Virus record (IMG/VR): IMGVR_UViG_3300017963_000261
Location: 7,163-71,162 of that record
Source: a virus
Strand: one strand, 5' to 3'
DNA length: 64,000 nt
The translations under genes were made by a program, and so were the position numbers. The notes under the pieces were generated by a model. That model ran no database searches. It saw nothing but the letters and a program-made list of their open reading frames with translations, and was not told the DNA's origin. Positions 1-8,368 of the stretch are shown here, piece after piece; position 1 is the first letter of the stretch, and every line of letters starts with the position of its first letter.

Positions 1-1
1 C

Positions 2-397
2 ATCATCGGGCAGAGACAAGAGGTCAGTAATAGGGATGTTCCAGTAAGCATCGATGAGACGATGGCTCCAGCGATAGCAGGAAACTTTACCTATCTGCTT
101 TCGCTCATATGGTAGCTCGACGTTGATGAGATGTTCAGTAATCAGCGTGCCCAAGCAGCGGGTGCGTAGGCCGTGTGAACAAGTAGTATTTTGCCGGTCT
201 CCCGAGCTAGCGAATGGGCACAAAAGACCGTCGCGCCAAGAATAGTTGAACGGATAGTCCCATAGCCAATCATGGACTTGACTAAGAGTAGGGGCGATTA
301 AGACTCGGTGTTCAGGGAAATGAGTAGTGTGGAATTTGCCAAATCTATCTTTGGTAATGATATCGTGCGCTGGTACGGATATGTAATGGTGTTCCAT
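2..397 (-). CDS. hypothetical protein, runs off window edge (MEHHYISVPAHDII...)
   Basis: Read manually: ATG at 397 with GGAGG SD (406-410), open frame to window start, downstream of a sigma70 promoter. Confidence 0.7.
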   Translation of the reverse strand, partial: MEHHYISVPAHDIITKDRFGKFHTTHFPEHRVLIAPTLSQVHDWLWDYPFNYSWRDGLLCPFASSGDRQNTTCSHGLRTRCLGTLITEHLINVELPYERKQIGKVSCYRWSHRLIDAYWNIPITDLLSLPDD

Positions 398-507
398 CAG
401 AAAATCCTCCTGGCTCAGGACATAACTGGCATATTCTCAAGTTGGGGCAGGCTCCTTGCCAGTAGAGAGCTTTTCAACACCGCTGATCAAGCCGCGTCTA
501 GCCCTAC
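398..507 (-). ncRNA. structured 5' leader (multi-stem junction plus pseudoknot), copy A
   Basis: GGGC/GCCC closing stem; hairpin loop ACTGGCA complementary to downstream TGCCAGT; homologous to 4580-4678. Confidence 0.55.
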
Positions 508-512
508 AGAAC

Positions 513-541
513 AGTATACAGCATTTGTGGGCGTTTGTCAA
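513..541 (-). promoter_or_regulatory. sigma70-type promoter
   Basis: TTGACA-N17-TATACT. Confidence 0.8.
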
Positions 542-552
542 GGGTTAGGGCG

Positions 553-885
553 ATGACTCCCGTTGACTGGCACATCCCCCACACCCAGGCGGCTATCGAC
601 CCCCTCGACTGGCAAATCGCCCAAGTTGAGGAGCTGGCTGAGAGGATTTGGCGCGAGACAGAGCGCCGCTATGCGGACATCCTAGCCGCTGCCCGTGAGC
701 GGTGGCCTGAGATGGTGGAACGTCCCTACATTGTCCCGGCGGGACAGGGGAAGCACACGCTAATAGCGCCGGGGCTAGTCGATATGGCTGACGGAGACCA
801 TATTGAACTTGAGCCAGTAGGCGACTTTATGCTGGGCTACGGCCCAAAGTCGCACGTCCTGTACGTCGGGCAGAAAGGGGAGTGA
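553..885 (+). CDS. hypothetical protein
   Basis: ORF, overlapping stop/start coupling to next gene. Confidence 0.65.
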   Translation: MTPVDWHIPHTQAAIDPLDWQIAQVEELAERIWRETERRYADILAAARERWPEMVERPYIVPAGQGKHTLIAPGLVDMADGDHIELEPVGDFMLGYGPKSHVLYVGQKGE

Positions 886-1262
886 TGGCTTCCATATTCA
901 CATCGGGCAAGGTATTTGTGACACTGGAATATCCAGATGGATCAATATTCAGTGGGCAAGCGGCTGTATCTGAGGTAACAGTTAGTCAACCGCTCACAGA
1001 GAGCATTGCACTGTCCGCTGGAGACTCTTGGGTAACGCGCGAAATTGCGGGGCCACCAGAGTGGTCGGTAGAGCTAATTGGCCTTGGAGCATTACAGACA
1101 CGGGCTACTTTTGCGCGTGAAGTTCACAAGGAGAAAACCGCATCAGAGTGGAGGTGTGTCTATTGTGGAGCGATTAACCTGAGAGAGCATCGCCAGTGTC
1201 AGGGCTGTGCAGCTTATCGCCCGTTTATCTATGAGGGCAATGGGCAGAAAGGGAAGCCGTGA
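882..1262 (+). CDS. hypothetical protein with C-terminal RanBP2-like zinc finger
   Basis: WRCVYCGAIN...CQGC motif. Confidence 0.7.
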   Translation: MMASIFTSGKVFVTLEYPDGSIFSGQAAVSEVTVSQPLTESIALSAGDSWVTREIAGPPEWSVELIGLGALQTRATFAREVHKEKTASEWRCVYCGAINLREHRQCQGCAAYRPFIYEGNGQKGKP

Positions 1263-1456
1263 AAGTCTGGAAAGTGACCTACGTTGTCATTGGCAACATC
1301 ACAAAAGAGATAGGCGTTATTGCGGACGATATGGCGTCGGCCATCGAACTGTTCGGCTGGTCTGTTCATGGGCCAGAGATTGCCATTCGGGCCATAGAGC
1401 TTGTGTTGGAAGATGTCATTTGGGAGTCAGACTTTAGCCCTACGATGGATGAATAG
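1259..1456 (+). CDS. hypothetical protein
   Basis: Coupled ORF (GTGA overlap). Confidence 0.6.
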   Translation: MKVWKVTYVVIGNITKEIGVIADDMASAIELFGWSVHGPEIAIRAIELVLEDVIWESDFSPTMDE

Positions 1457-1471
1457 ATAGAAAGGTCAAGA

Positions 1472-1783
1472 ATGAAAACGCTAGGCAAGAATGACCGGAC
1501 GGGGGAGCTTATCGTGGCGCTATTGCCACAAGAGTTTGAATGTCTGCGTCGTGTAGCCGAGGCGGTGAATGCCTTGCCGGGGTTCTATCCCTCACGGGTT
1601 GATCTGCCCGACGGTGACTGGTCCGCAGCGTTCCAGGCGATGGCCGTATGGGCGGAGGCGCAGTTCAAGGTACGCGACCTTGCGATGGTACTGGACGACT
1701 GCCGTCGAGCATTGGGGGAATTGGATGTTGGCGTAACGTCATATGTGGGGGCGCTATACCCTGAACCTTTGGTGGAGGAGTGA
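1472..1783 (+). CDS. hypothetical protein
   Basis: ORF with AAGG SD. Confidence 0.6.
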   Translation: MKTLGKNDRTGELIVALLPQEFECLRRVAEAVNALPGFYPSRVDLPDGDWSAAFQAMAVWAEAQFKVRDLAMVLDDCRRALGELDVGVTSYVGALYPEPLVEE

Positions 1784-1959
1784 TGGCCGAAGCATTCAAG
1801 CAACACAACGAGTGGCACGTCAGAGACGGCAGGCGGCTGATTCGCCTCAACACCCGCCAAGCCGCGCTAGAGTTCGTTGCTCTGCTGGAACGGGTGGCCG
1901 ACTTGGAGGCGCAGCTCGACAAGAAGCAGAGACGGAGCACCAAGCGTGAGCCTGCCTGA
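1783..1959 (+). CDS. small hypothetical protein (MAEAFKQHNEWHVRDG..., 58 aa)
   Basis: Read manually; GGAGG SD, TGATG coupling. Confidence 0.55.
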   Translation: MAEAFKQHNEWHVRDGRRLIRLNTRQAALEFVALLERVADLEAQLDKKQRRSTKREPA

Positions 1960-2137
1960 AGACCTGTCCCTGCCTGCTGTCAAGATGGCGCGTCGAATGC
2001 AGGCGCTTCCCTGTGGCAAGCTGCACCTCGTCGCCGTGGTCAAGCTGGCGAAGCACCTATGGCTACAGTTCGTGTTGAGCGGGTGCGGGGTCAAGGTCGA
2101 GAAGCTGGTGGATGAGGAAAGGGCGCAAGATGCCTAA
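1946..2137 (+). CDS. hypothetical protein
   Basis: GTG start within ORF 1877-2137, fills the operon. Confidence 0.5.
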   Translation: MSLPEDLSLPAVKMARRMQALPCGKLHLVAVVKLAKHLWLQFVLSGCGVKVEKLVDEERAQDA

Positions 2138-2573
2138 AGACCGTTGGCAGCCCAAGGTTGATGCGTTGCTGCGTTTGGCCGAGGATAAGGGGGCAACGGC
2201 AGCCGAACGTGAAACGGCGCGGGAGAAGTTAGCCCTCATCCTCACAACCCATCCAGAGGCTACGACTATTCGTCAGTATGAGCCGGTGCGCCAGTTCACA
2301 ATGCGCGATGTGGGCTTTATGCGCAAGCACGGCATCTCGACGGACGGGGAGTGGGCGGGGCGCAATCTACACGAGGCCGTGGCCGTAATGGCTGCGGACT
2401 ATCGGCAGCGCATCGCAGAGTTCAGGGGGCGCAAGCGACTAGGAGAAGCGCAGGGACAATTGCCACCTGTGACGCAGATGAGTCAGGCAGAATTGAAAGA
2501 CGCCATTCTGGAACAGTTGGATGCAGAGATAGAGGACGTGGACCGGCTGCTGACCATTGACGCCGACGCCTGA
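2130..2573 (+). CDS. DUF2786-like protein
   Basis: KVDALLRLAEDKGATAAERETAREK N-terminal motif. Confidence 0.65.
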   Translation: MPKDRWQPKVDALLRLAEDKGATAAERETAREKLALILTTHPEATTIRQYEPVRQFTMRDVGFMRKHGISTDGEWAGRNLHEAVAVMAADYRQRIAEFRGRKRLGEAQGQLPPVTQMSQAELKDAILEQLDAEIEDVDRLLTIDADA

Positions 2574-2585
2574 AAGTGGTATAAT
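2557..2585 (+). promoter_or_regulatory. sigma70 promoter, probably leaderless transcript
   Basis: TTGACG-N17-TATAAT with TG extension; ATG 6 nt after the -10. Confidence 0.75.
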
Positions 2586-2591
2586 GGGACT

Positions 2592-3188
2592 ATGTTAACG
2601 AGACGCGATTTCCTCAAGGGCATACTGGCGACTGCTGGCGCGGTGGCGCTCAAGGGGCCGCTGGCGCTGATTGAGCCTATTCACGGCGCGCACGAATTGA
2701 CAGCGCAGGAACGGGATGTGGTAGCTGATGTGTTGGGAATACGGCGTCAAGTATGGCCGATAGCGAAGCCAAGACTCAAGGTACATAGACTGCAAGCCCA
2801 GTTGCAGTCTAATAGTGAATTGCAGGGCGATGCAGTGATATCGTGCGGAAGTGCACGTCTTTGGATGCGTGAGAAAGAGCGCCAATCTTGGGAAGCCTTG
2901 GGGGAAGTGGAATCACTACTTGGCTATCCAGTGGAAATGGTAGCAGGGCCAAATGTCGAGATAGAGCTAGAACTAGGAAATATCACCGGCTATATTGTGC
3001 CGACAGAGTTCAGGGCAGATGTAGTCAAAGAATATGGCAAGCTCATAGCTCGGTTGCCTCCCTTGTCTTTTACAGGGTCTTGGGAGCCTGTCAAAGCAGC
3101 CATAACGCGGACAGAACTTCCAGGTGGTCATGGGAGCATTGGTACGTTCTGGGACTTGACGCCTCAATGGAGAGGAGACCATCGGTAG
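2592..3188 (+). CDS. protein with twin-arginine (Tat)-like signal peptide
   Basis: MLTRRDFLKGILATAGAVAL. Confidence 0.7.
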   Translation: MLTRRDFLKGILATAGAVALKGPLALIEPIHGAHELTAQERDVVADVLGIRRQVWPIAKPRLKVHRLQAQLQSNSELQGDAVISCGSARLWMREKERQSWEALGEVESLLGYPVEMVAGPNVEIELELGNITGYIVPTEFRADVVKEYGKLIARLPPLSFTGSWEPVKAAITRTELPGGHGSIGTFWDLTPQWRGDHR

Positions 3189-3247
3189 CATAGTTTGGCA
3201 ATAGCATAACCCGTCGGGGCCATCCCTGACGCTGGCTCAGGACATAC

Positions 3248-3284
3248 ACGGGCCGACTTCTTTATGAGGTCGGCCCGTTTTTTG
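3248..3284 (+). terminator. intrinsic terminator
   Basis: ACGGGCCGACTTC/GAGGTCGGCCCGT stem followed by T-tract. Confidence 0.85.
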
Positions 3285-3291
3285 TTGGGAT

Positions 3292-3489
3292 ATGATGGAC
3301 AGGCAAACGAAACCGAACAACCTACAACTGGTCGAGGTGCGCTGCGCTCAGTGCCTACAGCCAACGGACACCATCTGTATGGTGCGCCGGGACGGCAAGC
3401 TGGTAGCGCTATGCCCCAAGTGCGCGGTACAAGGCGGGCGGCGCTCCACTGTGGGGCCGACAGAGTTTAAGGGCGCGGGCGTGGCGTGA
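3292..3489 (+). CDS. small zinc-ribbon protein
   Basis: CAQC...CPKC. Confidence 0.55.
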   Translation: MMDRQTKPNNLQLVEVRCAQCLQPTDTICMVRRDGKLVALCPKCAVQGGRRSTVGPTEFKGAGVA

Positions 3490-4579
3490 GATGTTCGACT
3501 ATCGCATCCACGCAGACCACAGGAGAGGAGCGAATTTCGTCACCAGTGAATCGAAGGACTATCCAGCCCTTGCGCTCAAGGTCAGCGTTCTTGCGTTGGT
3601 CACGCTCTTGTACTTCTGGGCTACTGTGCCAATAGGCACCATCGGCCTCGACGGCGAGCTTGTGGTCGGGAAAAGCGATGTCGATATGCCAGCGCTCAAC
3701 TTTATATTCGGTTCTGAACAGGACGCCCCTGGCTTCAAGTTCTTGCTGGAGCAGTATTTCTATGGACGTTGGTCCATTGTACCGGGCGAAGCAGTTGCGA
3801 GAGCAGAATCGCGCAATCCCTTCTCTGCATGGATAGATGGAAAAGACTTTACCGCATATCTCACAAGTGGCAGTAGCGCCACTAGTCTTGGCCTGCCAAT
3901 GGCATTCTTGGGAACAGTATTTGGCATTTTGGGCGCGGAAGTGATGAACAACAAACGCATCGCCACAGTGTTCGCATATCTTGGTAACGCTGGCGCGCGC
4001 TTGGTCATGGCACTCGGTCGAACAATAGCGCCGGTTACTACTGGGATGGACCTGAAAAGATTGGCCGCAATGTGGGCACGTTCTGGCTGTACGGTGGTAG
4101 TGGGGATGGCTCTCGCCCCTCATGCCTATATGTTGACATTCTGCCGAGCAGTAAGTTTTATTGATTCGTGCGGCGCGGTCAGAAAATGTGTTTCCACACA
4201 CAGGGCAGGTTTTAGAGATAAGCGGAATGTCATTCATACAATCTTTCGAGCAATATATCCCACGCCCCTTGGTCACGCGATTTTGGTCGATGGTGAAAAG
4301 CTTGCCGCACCGCTGGCATTTACGGGTAACAGGGCCACCAGTCCAATGCCCGGCATTTGGGCCTACGCGATATTCATGAGAGCATTTGCGCGAACAAAAG
4401 TCACCAGCGTTGTAAATCAGTTCACTTGGACGAACTTCGAAAGATTTGCCGCAATTCTTGCAGGTGCGCGGAATGCGTTTCTTGCGCGATTCGTAGTGGC
4501 AGGCGCGAGAACAGAACTTTTGGGCATTGCCCTTGGAGTAAAAAGACTTGCCGCAGTGTTGGCAGACTTTTTGAGGCAC
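3467..4579 (-). CDS. zinc-finger-repeat DUF559/Vsr-like endonuclease (homing-endonuclease-like)
   Basis: 7 repeats of CxxCGxxF...(F/Y)CSxxC; C-terminal IDIAF...AVEADGAYWH...RDQRKN...GWIVLRF; GTG at 4579 has GGAGG SD and lies downstream of a promoter. Confidence 0.85.
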   Translation of the reverse strand: MPQKVCQHCGKSFYSKGNAQKFCSRACHYESRKKRIPRTCKNCGKSFEVRPSELIYNAGDFCSRKCSHEYRVGPNAGHWTGGPVTRKCQRCGKLFTIDQNRVTKGRGIYCSKDCMNDIPLISKTCPVCGNTFSDRAARINKTYCSAECQHIGMRGESHPHYHRTARTCPHCGQSFQVHPSSNRRYCSTECHDQARASVTKICEHCGDAFVVHHFRAQNAKYCSQECHWQAKTSGATATCEICGKVFSIYPCREGIARFCSRNCFARYNGPTSIEILLQQELEARGVLFRTEYKVERWHIDIAFPDHKLAVEADGAYWHSSPEVQERDQRKNADLERKGWIVLRFTGDEIRSSPVVCVDAIVEHLTPRPRP

Positions 4580-4678
4580 AACAAAATCCTCCCGGCTCAG
4601 GATAGCTGGCAGATATTTGATGGTGGGGGCGGCTCGGTGCCAGTGACCGAGTGTTCGGGTCGCGTTCCCTAGCCCCAC
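4580..4678 (-). ncRNA. structured 5' leader (multi-stem junction plus pseudoknot), copy B
   Basis: CTCGGT-CACTGGC-ACCGAG hairpin whose loop complements downstream TGCCAG; homologous to 398-507. Confidence 0.55.
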
Positions 4679-4682
4679 TAAT

Positions 4683-4711
4683 AGTATAACACAAAAGTCG
4701 GATTTTTGCAA
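4683..4711 (-). promoter_or_regulatory. sigma70 promoter
   Basis: TTGCAA-N17-TATACT. Confidence 0.7.
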
Positions 4712-4740
4712 GGCTGGATGTCCAGCAAAGGCAGATTCCA

Positions 4741-6291
4741 ATGGAACACAAAACGTTTCCCAGCATAGGGACCAAGGTCATCGACGCTGACCAAGGTATC
4801 GTAGAAGGGGTGATAACTTTATTCGGCGTGTTGGATAGAGGAAATGACATATCGTTCCCCAATTCGTTCCGCAAAACTCTGTCTGAGCGTGGTAGTAAAG
4901 TGAAGGTGCTGGACTCACACAAAACGGACAGTGTAATGCGCGTCTTAGGCAAGCCCCTGGAGATTCGGGAGATGTCGCGGGCTGAATTGCCTCACGCTAT
5001 TGTAGACCAATATCCAGAGGTTACGGGCGGCGTTTATGCTAAGACTCAATTTTTGATGGATACGCCGGAAGGCCGGGGCGCATTTGCACGCATCAAATCA
5101 GGCGCGCTTCAAGAGTGGTCATATGGATATGATGCGCTGGATGTAGAACACGCCACTGTCAAGAATGGAGAGGGCCAAGATGTGCGGGCTAGACTCCTGA
5201 AAACGGTCAGGCTCTGGGAGTACTCGCCTGTGCTCTGGGGACTTGTTCCTGGCACGACTGTGGTGTCTGCCAAGGGCGACAACGGCGACCCCGACAAGGC
5301 AGTCGGCGGCGCGGATGCTCTGACGCCTCCTGGCACTGTCTGGCACTGTACCTGTCCCAAATGTGGACACGAGTGGAACAGCGATACCAAATGCGCAGAG
5401 TCTACTTGCCCTGAGTGTGGGCACGAATTGGGCGGGCGCTCAGCAGGCACGGGTACAGAGGGCAGACAGATCATCGGGGGCACCGGCGTATCGCTGGCCT
5501 CTGACGCTGGACCGGAGGAGGAGAAACCCTGGCGGGCCATCCGTGAGGGTGACAAGTGGCGGGTATATCAGGTGGACGAGGACGGCAACCCGACCGGCGA
5601 ACCACTGGGCGAACACGACACCCAGGCTGAGGCGGCTGCACAGGTAAGGGCGCTATATGCCAATGAGCCAGAGGCGGGCAAAGTGACTTGGACGGCACGC
5701 TACGTGAATGATTTGCCAGACGGGAGTTTTCTCTACGTCGAGAGCGGCGGAGACAAAGACGACGAGGGCAAGACGACTCCCCGTAGTCTTCGCCACTTTC
5801 CCTACAAGGACGCTGATGGCTCTATCGACCTGCCCCACCTACGTAATGCCATCGCACGCATCCCACAGAGTAATGCGCCGGGGCTGACCGATGCCAAGAA
5901 AACGCAACTACAGGAGCGCGCCCGCCGAATGTTGGAGGACGCACAGAAAGCAGATGCCAAGATTGGCCGCGTGCTGGCTGCCCGTAACGCCACGCGCATC
6001 GCCAACGCCCTGGCCCGTCTCATCGAAGTGCTAGAGGACGCGGGCGTGGACATTCCGGGCTACGGAGAGACAGAAGAAGAGGAAAAGAGCGACCAACCGG
6101 CGACCGATGCCGGAGACGATACCGCACCTGCTGAGGCCGCGACAGACGATGCCGCACCCGAGCAGGCCGCAACTGATGAGGAGGAAACAGACGAGCAGGC
6201 CGGGCCGCCCGACGGGACACCCACCTCCGAGGAACTGCTGAAACTCATCGGCGTGGAACAAGACGAAATCGCTATACTATTGGAGGTGTAA
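4741..6291 (+). CDS. HK97-family prohead protease with C-terminal accessory domains
   Basis: GIVEG...DRGND...VLDSH...WSYGY...LWEYSPV; directly upstream of the capsid gene. Confidence 0.9.
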   Translation: MEHKTFPSIGTKVIDADQGIVEGVITLFGVLDRGNDISFPNSFRKTLSERGSKVKVLDSHKTDSVMRVLGKPLEIREMSRAELPHAIVDQYPEVTGGVYAKTQFLMDTPEGRGAFARIKSGALQEWSYGYDALDVEHATVKNGEGQDVRARLLKTVRLWEYSPVLWGLVPGTTVVSAKGDNGDPDKAVGGADALTPPGTVWHCTCPKCGHEWNSDTKCAESTCPECGHELGGRSAGTGTEGRQIIGGTGVSLASDAGPEEEKPWRAIREGDKWRVYQVDEDGNPTGEPLGEHDTQAEAAAQVRALYANEPEAGKVTWTARYVNDLPDGSFLYVESGGDKDDEGKTTPRSLRHFPYKDADGSIDLPHLRNAIARIPQSNAPGLTDAKKTQLQERARRMLEDAQKADAKIGRVLAARNATRIANALARLIEVLEDAGVDIPGYGETEEEEKSDQPATDAGDDTAPAEAATDDAAPEQAATDEEETDEQAGPPDGTPTSEELLKLIGVEQDEIAILLEV

Positions 6292-6294
6292 GCG

Positions 6295-7611
6295 ATGAGT
6301 GAAATGAAGTGGCAAGAGCGACTTGCCAAAAGCGGTCAACTCTTTGCCCAGGCCAAGGAAATCCTGGCGAACGAAGAGGCGACCGCAGAAGACAAGGCCA
6401 AACTTGAACCGATGCTGACTGAGGCCCGGCAGCTCAAAGCCGAGGGCGTGCAGCTCAAGGAAATCGAGACCAGCGCCGTCGAACTGGAGCAGATGGCCGA
6501 AGAGATACAGGCAGAGGCCAAGGCTGATACGCGACCGGCTACTGGGAGCGGGGCGTTCAAGTCGTGGGGCGAGTTCCTGTATGCCGTGGGTACGTGGCAC
6601 AAGACCGGGCAAGCCGACAACCGGCTGGTAACATTCTATGAAGACGCACCGAAACAGGGTGCAGGCCCGTCACAGGGCAAGGATTTGGTGGAAGCCATCG
6701 GTGCTTCTGGCGGGTTCCTGGTGCCGACCGAGTACCTGGCCGAACTGCAAGCAGCGCAAGCGGAGATGGGCATCGTCCGAGGTCGGGCGACCGTTATCCC
6801 GATGAGACGCCGACAAATCGACATCCCGGTGCTGGACCAGACTGGCACGACCAGCGGTGTCCCGCATTGGTTCGGTGGCATGGCGTTTTATTGGGGTGAG
6901 GAAGCCACGGAGAAAACCGAGAGCGACCCGTCCTTCCGTAAGATCGCACTCGTGGCGCACAAGCTCTACGGTTACACGCGCGCGGGTGATGAGCTACTGG
7001 ACGACAGCGCCATCAGCCTAGAGGCGTTCCTGTCCGGCCCGATGGGCATGGTCGGGGGCGTCGCGTGGCACGAGGACTATGCATTCATCCAGGGCACCGG
7101 CGCGGGCCAACCCCTGGGCGTCATCAACGCGGGCGCGACCATCAACGTAGCGCGTGCAGCAGCAGGAGCCATCGGATACGCAGACCTAGCCAATATGATG
7201 GAGAATTTCTTGCCGTCTGGGCGCGGCGTATGGGTCATCACCCAGAGCGCAATGGCTGACCTCATTCAGTTGAGCGGGCCAGCGGGAAATGCCAGCTACG
7301 TATGGCAGCCCAATGCGCGCGACGGGGTTCCTGGCTATCTGCTGGGATTCCCGGTCATCTGGAGCGAAAAGTGCCCGCGCATCGGCACGGCGGGCGACGT
7401 GATTTTGGCCGACTGGCTGTACTACTTGATCGGCGACCGGCAAGCCACGACGGTGGAAAGCACCAAGTTCGACCGCTGGCGCTGGGACGAGACAAGCTGG
7501 CGTGTCGTGCATCGCGTTGACGGGCAGCCGTGGTTGAGCGCGCCGCTCACGTATCAGGATGGCACAACGCAAGTTTCGCCCTTCGTCATACTTGGCGATG
7601 TGAGCACCTAG
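6295..7611 (+). CDS. HK97-fold major capsid protein
   Basis: N-terminal coiled-coil delta domain; SGGFLVP; ELLDDS; GTGAGQPLG; LLGFPV; RVDGQP. Confidence 0.95.
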   Translation: MSEMKWQERLAKSGQLFAQAKEILANEEATAEDKAKLEPMLTEARQLKAEGVQLKEIETSAVELEQMAEEIQAEAKADTRPATGSGAFKSWGEFLYAVGTWHKTGQADNRLVTFYEDAPKQGAGPSQGKDLVEAIGASGGFLVPTEYLAELQAAQAEMGIVRGRATVIPMRRRQIDIPVLDQTGTTSGVPHWFGGMAFYWGEEATEKTESDPSFRKIALVAHKLYGYTRAGDELLDDSAISLEAFLSGPMGMVGGVAWHEDYAFIQGTGAGQPLGVINAGATINVARAAAGAIGYADLANMMENFLPSGRGVWVITQSAMADLIQLSGPAGNASYVWQPNARDGVPGYLLGFPVIWSEKCPRIGTAGDVILADWLYYLIGDRQATTVESTKFDRWRWDETSWRVVHRVDGQPWLSAPLTYQDGTTQVSPFVILGDVST

Positions 7612-7624
7612 AGGAGAATAGACA

Positions 7625-8071
7625 ATGCCTGAGTACACGCAGAGATTTACCGAGGTCTACTATCCTCTGTCCATTCAGTACAGCGACTCATTTGGTGCAG
7701 GCACGTCGGATAGCACCTACGTATCGCTGGCGAACTACCATCGTGCAGTCCTGGTGCTGAACGTTGGCGATATGCAGGCCACGGCAACGCTGGCTTGCTC
7801 CATCCGCCAGGCGACCAGCACGGCAGGCGCAGGCGCGAAAGTCATCACCGGCAAGAGCATCACGCAGTTGACCCAGGCCAGCGGAGACGGGGACGACCTG
7901 ATTTGCATCGAACTCCGAACCGAGGAACTGGATGTAGTCAACGGGTTTGATTGCGTCAGTGTTCGGGTGGTGGTCACAAATGCGGCGGTAGAGTACGGCT
8001 ACGTGCTCTACGGGGCCATCCCCAGGTTCCAGCCGACCGCGACGACCAACTGGGTGGAGATTGTAGACTGA
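7625..8071 (+). CDS. putative capsid decoration/structural protein
   Basis: Position after the capsid gene, strong SD, beta-rich Ser/Thr-rich sequence. Confidence 0.6.
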   Translation: MPEYTQRFTEVYYPLSIQYSDSFGAGTSDSTYVSLANYHRAVLVLNVGDMQATATLACSIRQATSTAGAGAKVITGKSITQLTQASGDGDDLICIELRTEELDVVNGFDCVSVRVVVTNAAVEYGYVLYGAIPRFQPTATTNWVEIVD

Positions 8072-8132
8072 TAATGACAGCGTGAGGGAGGCCCCTTCTC
8101 CCTCCCGCGCCGTGCCGTTGAGGCCCAAACCC

Positions 8133-8161
8133 TTGACGGCGCGGCTGTTTGCGGGTATAAT
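8133..8161 (+). promoter_or_regulatory. sigma70 promoter heading the glycan cluster
   Basis: TTGACG-N17-TATAAT, preceded by GAGGGAG/CTCCCTC hairpin (8080-8110). Confidence 0.8.
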
Positions 8162-8167
8162 ATGTAC

Positions 8168-8368
8168 GTGGACATATACGAACGGGACAGCGACAACCGC
8201 ATCATGGACGTAAAGGTGAATTTCTGGCTTGACGCCGACTTGCGCGATGCCGTGATGGACAAGGCGCAACGGGAAAGCGTGAATTTGAGCGCGCTGCTGC
8301 GTGCGATGCTGCGTGAGTGGCTGGCGGGCACGTACCGCCCGAAGGAAAGGCCCGACGATGTGGATTAA
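8168..8368 (+). CDS. ribbon-helix-helix DNA-binding protein
   Basis: VKVNFWLDADLRDAVMDKAQRESVNLSALLRAML; start uncertain (GTG 8168 would be leaderless). Confidence 0.75.
   Translation: MDIYERDSDNRIMDVKVNFWLDADLRDAVMDKAQRESVNLSALLRAMLREWLAGTYRPKERPDDVD

Noticed and set aside
308-556. 82-aa + strand ORF
   Set aside because: Overlaps the - strand gene, leader and promoter; no SD support
3491-4672. 393-aa + strand ORF
   Set aside because: Antisense shadow of the zinc-finger endonuclease, which has the motifs, SD and promoter
4580-4741. N-terminal extension of the endonuclease ORF
   Set aside because: Covers the promoter and leader; the SD supports a start at 4579
5280-5960. Intein in the prohead protease
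   Set aside because: No C/S...HN splicing motifs or LAGLIDADG blocks
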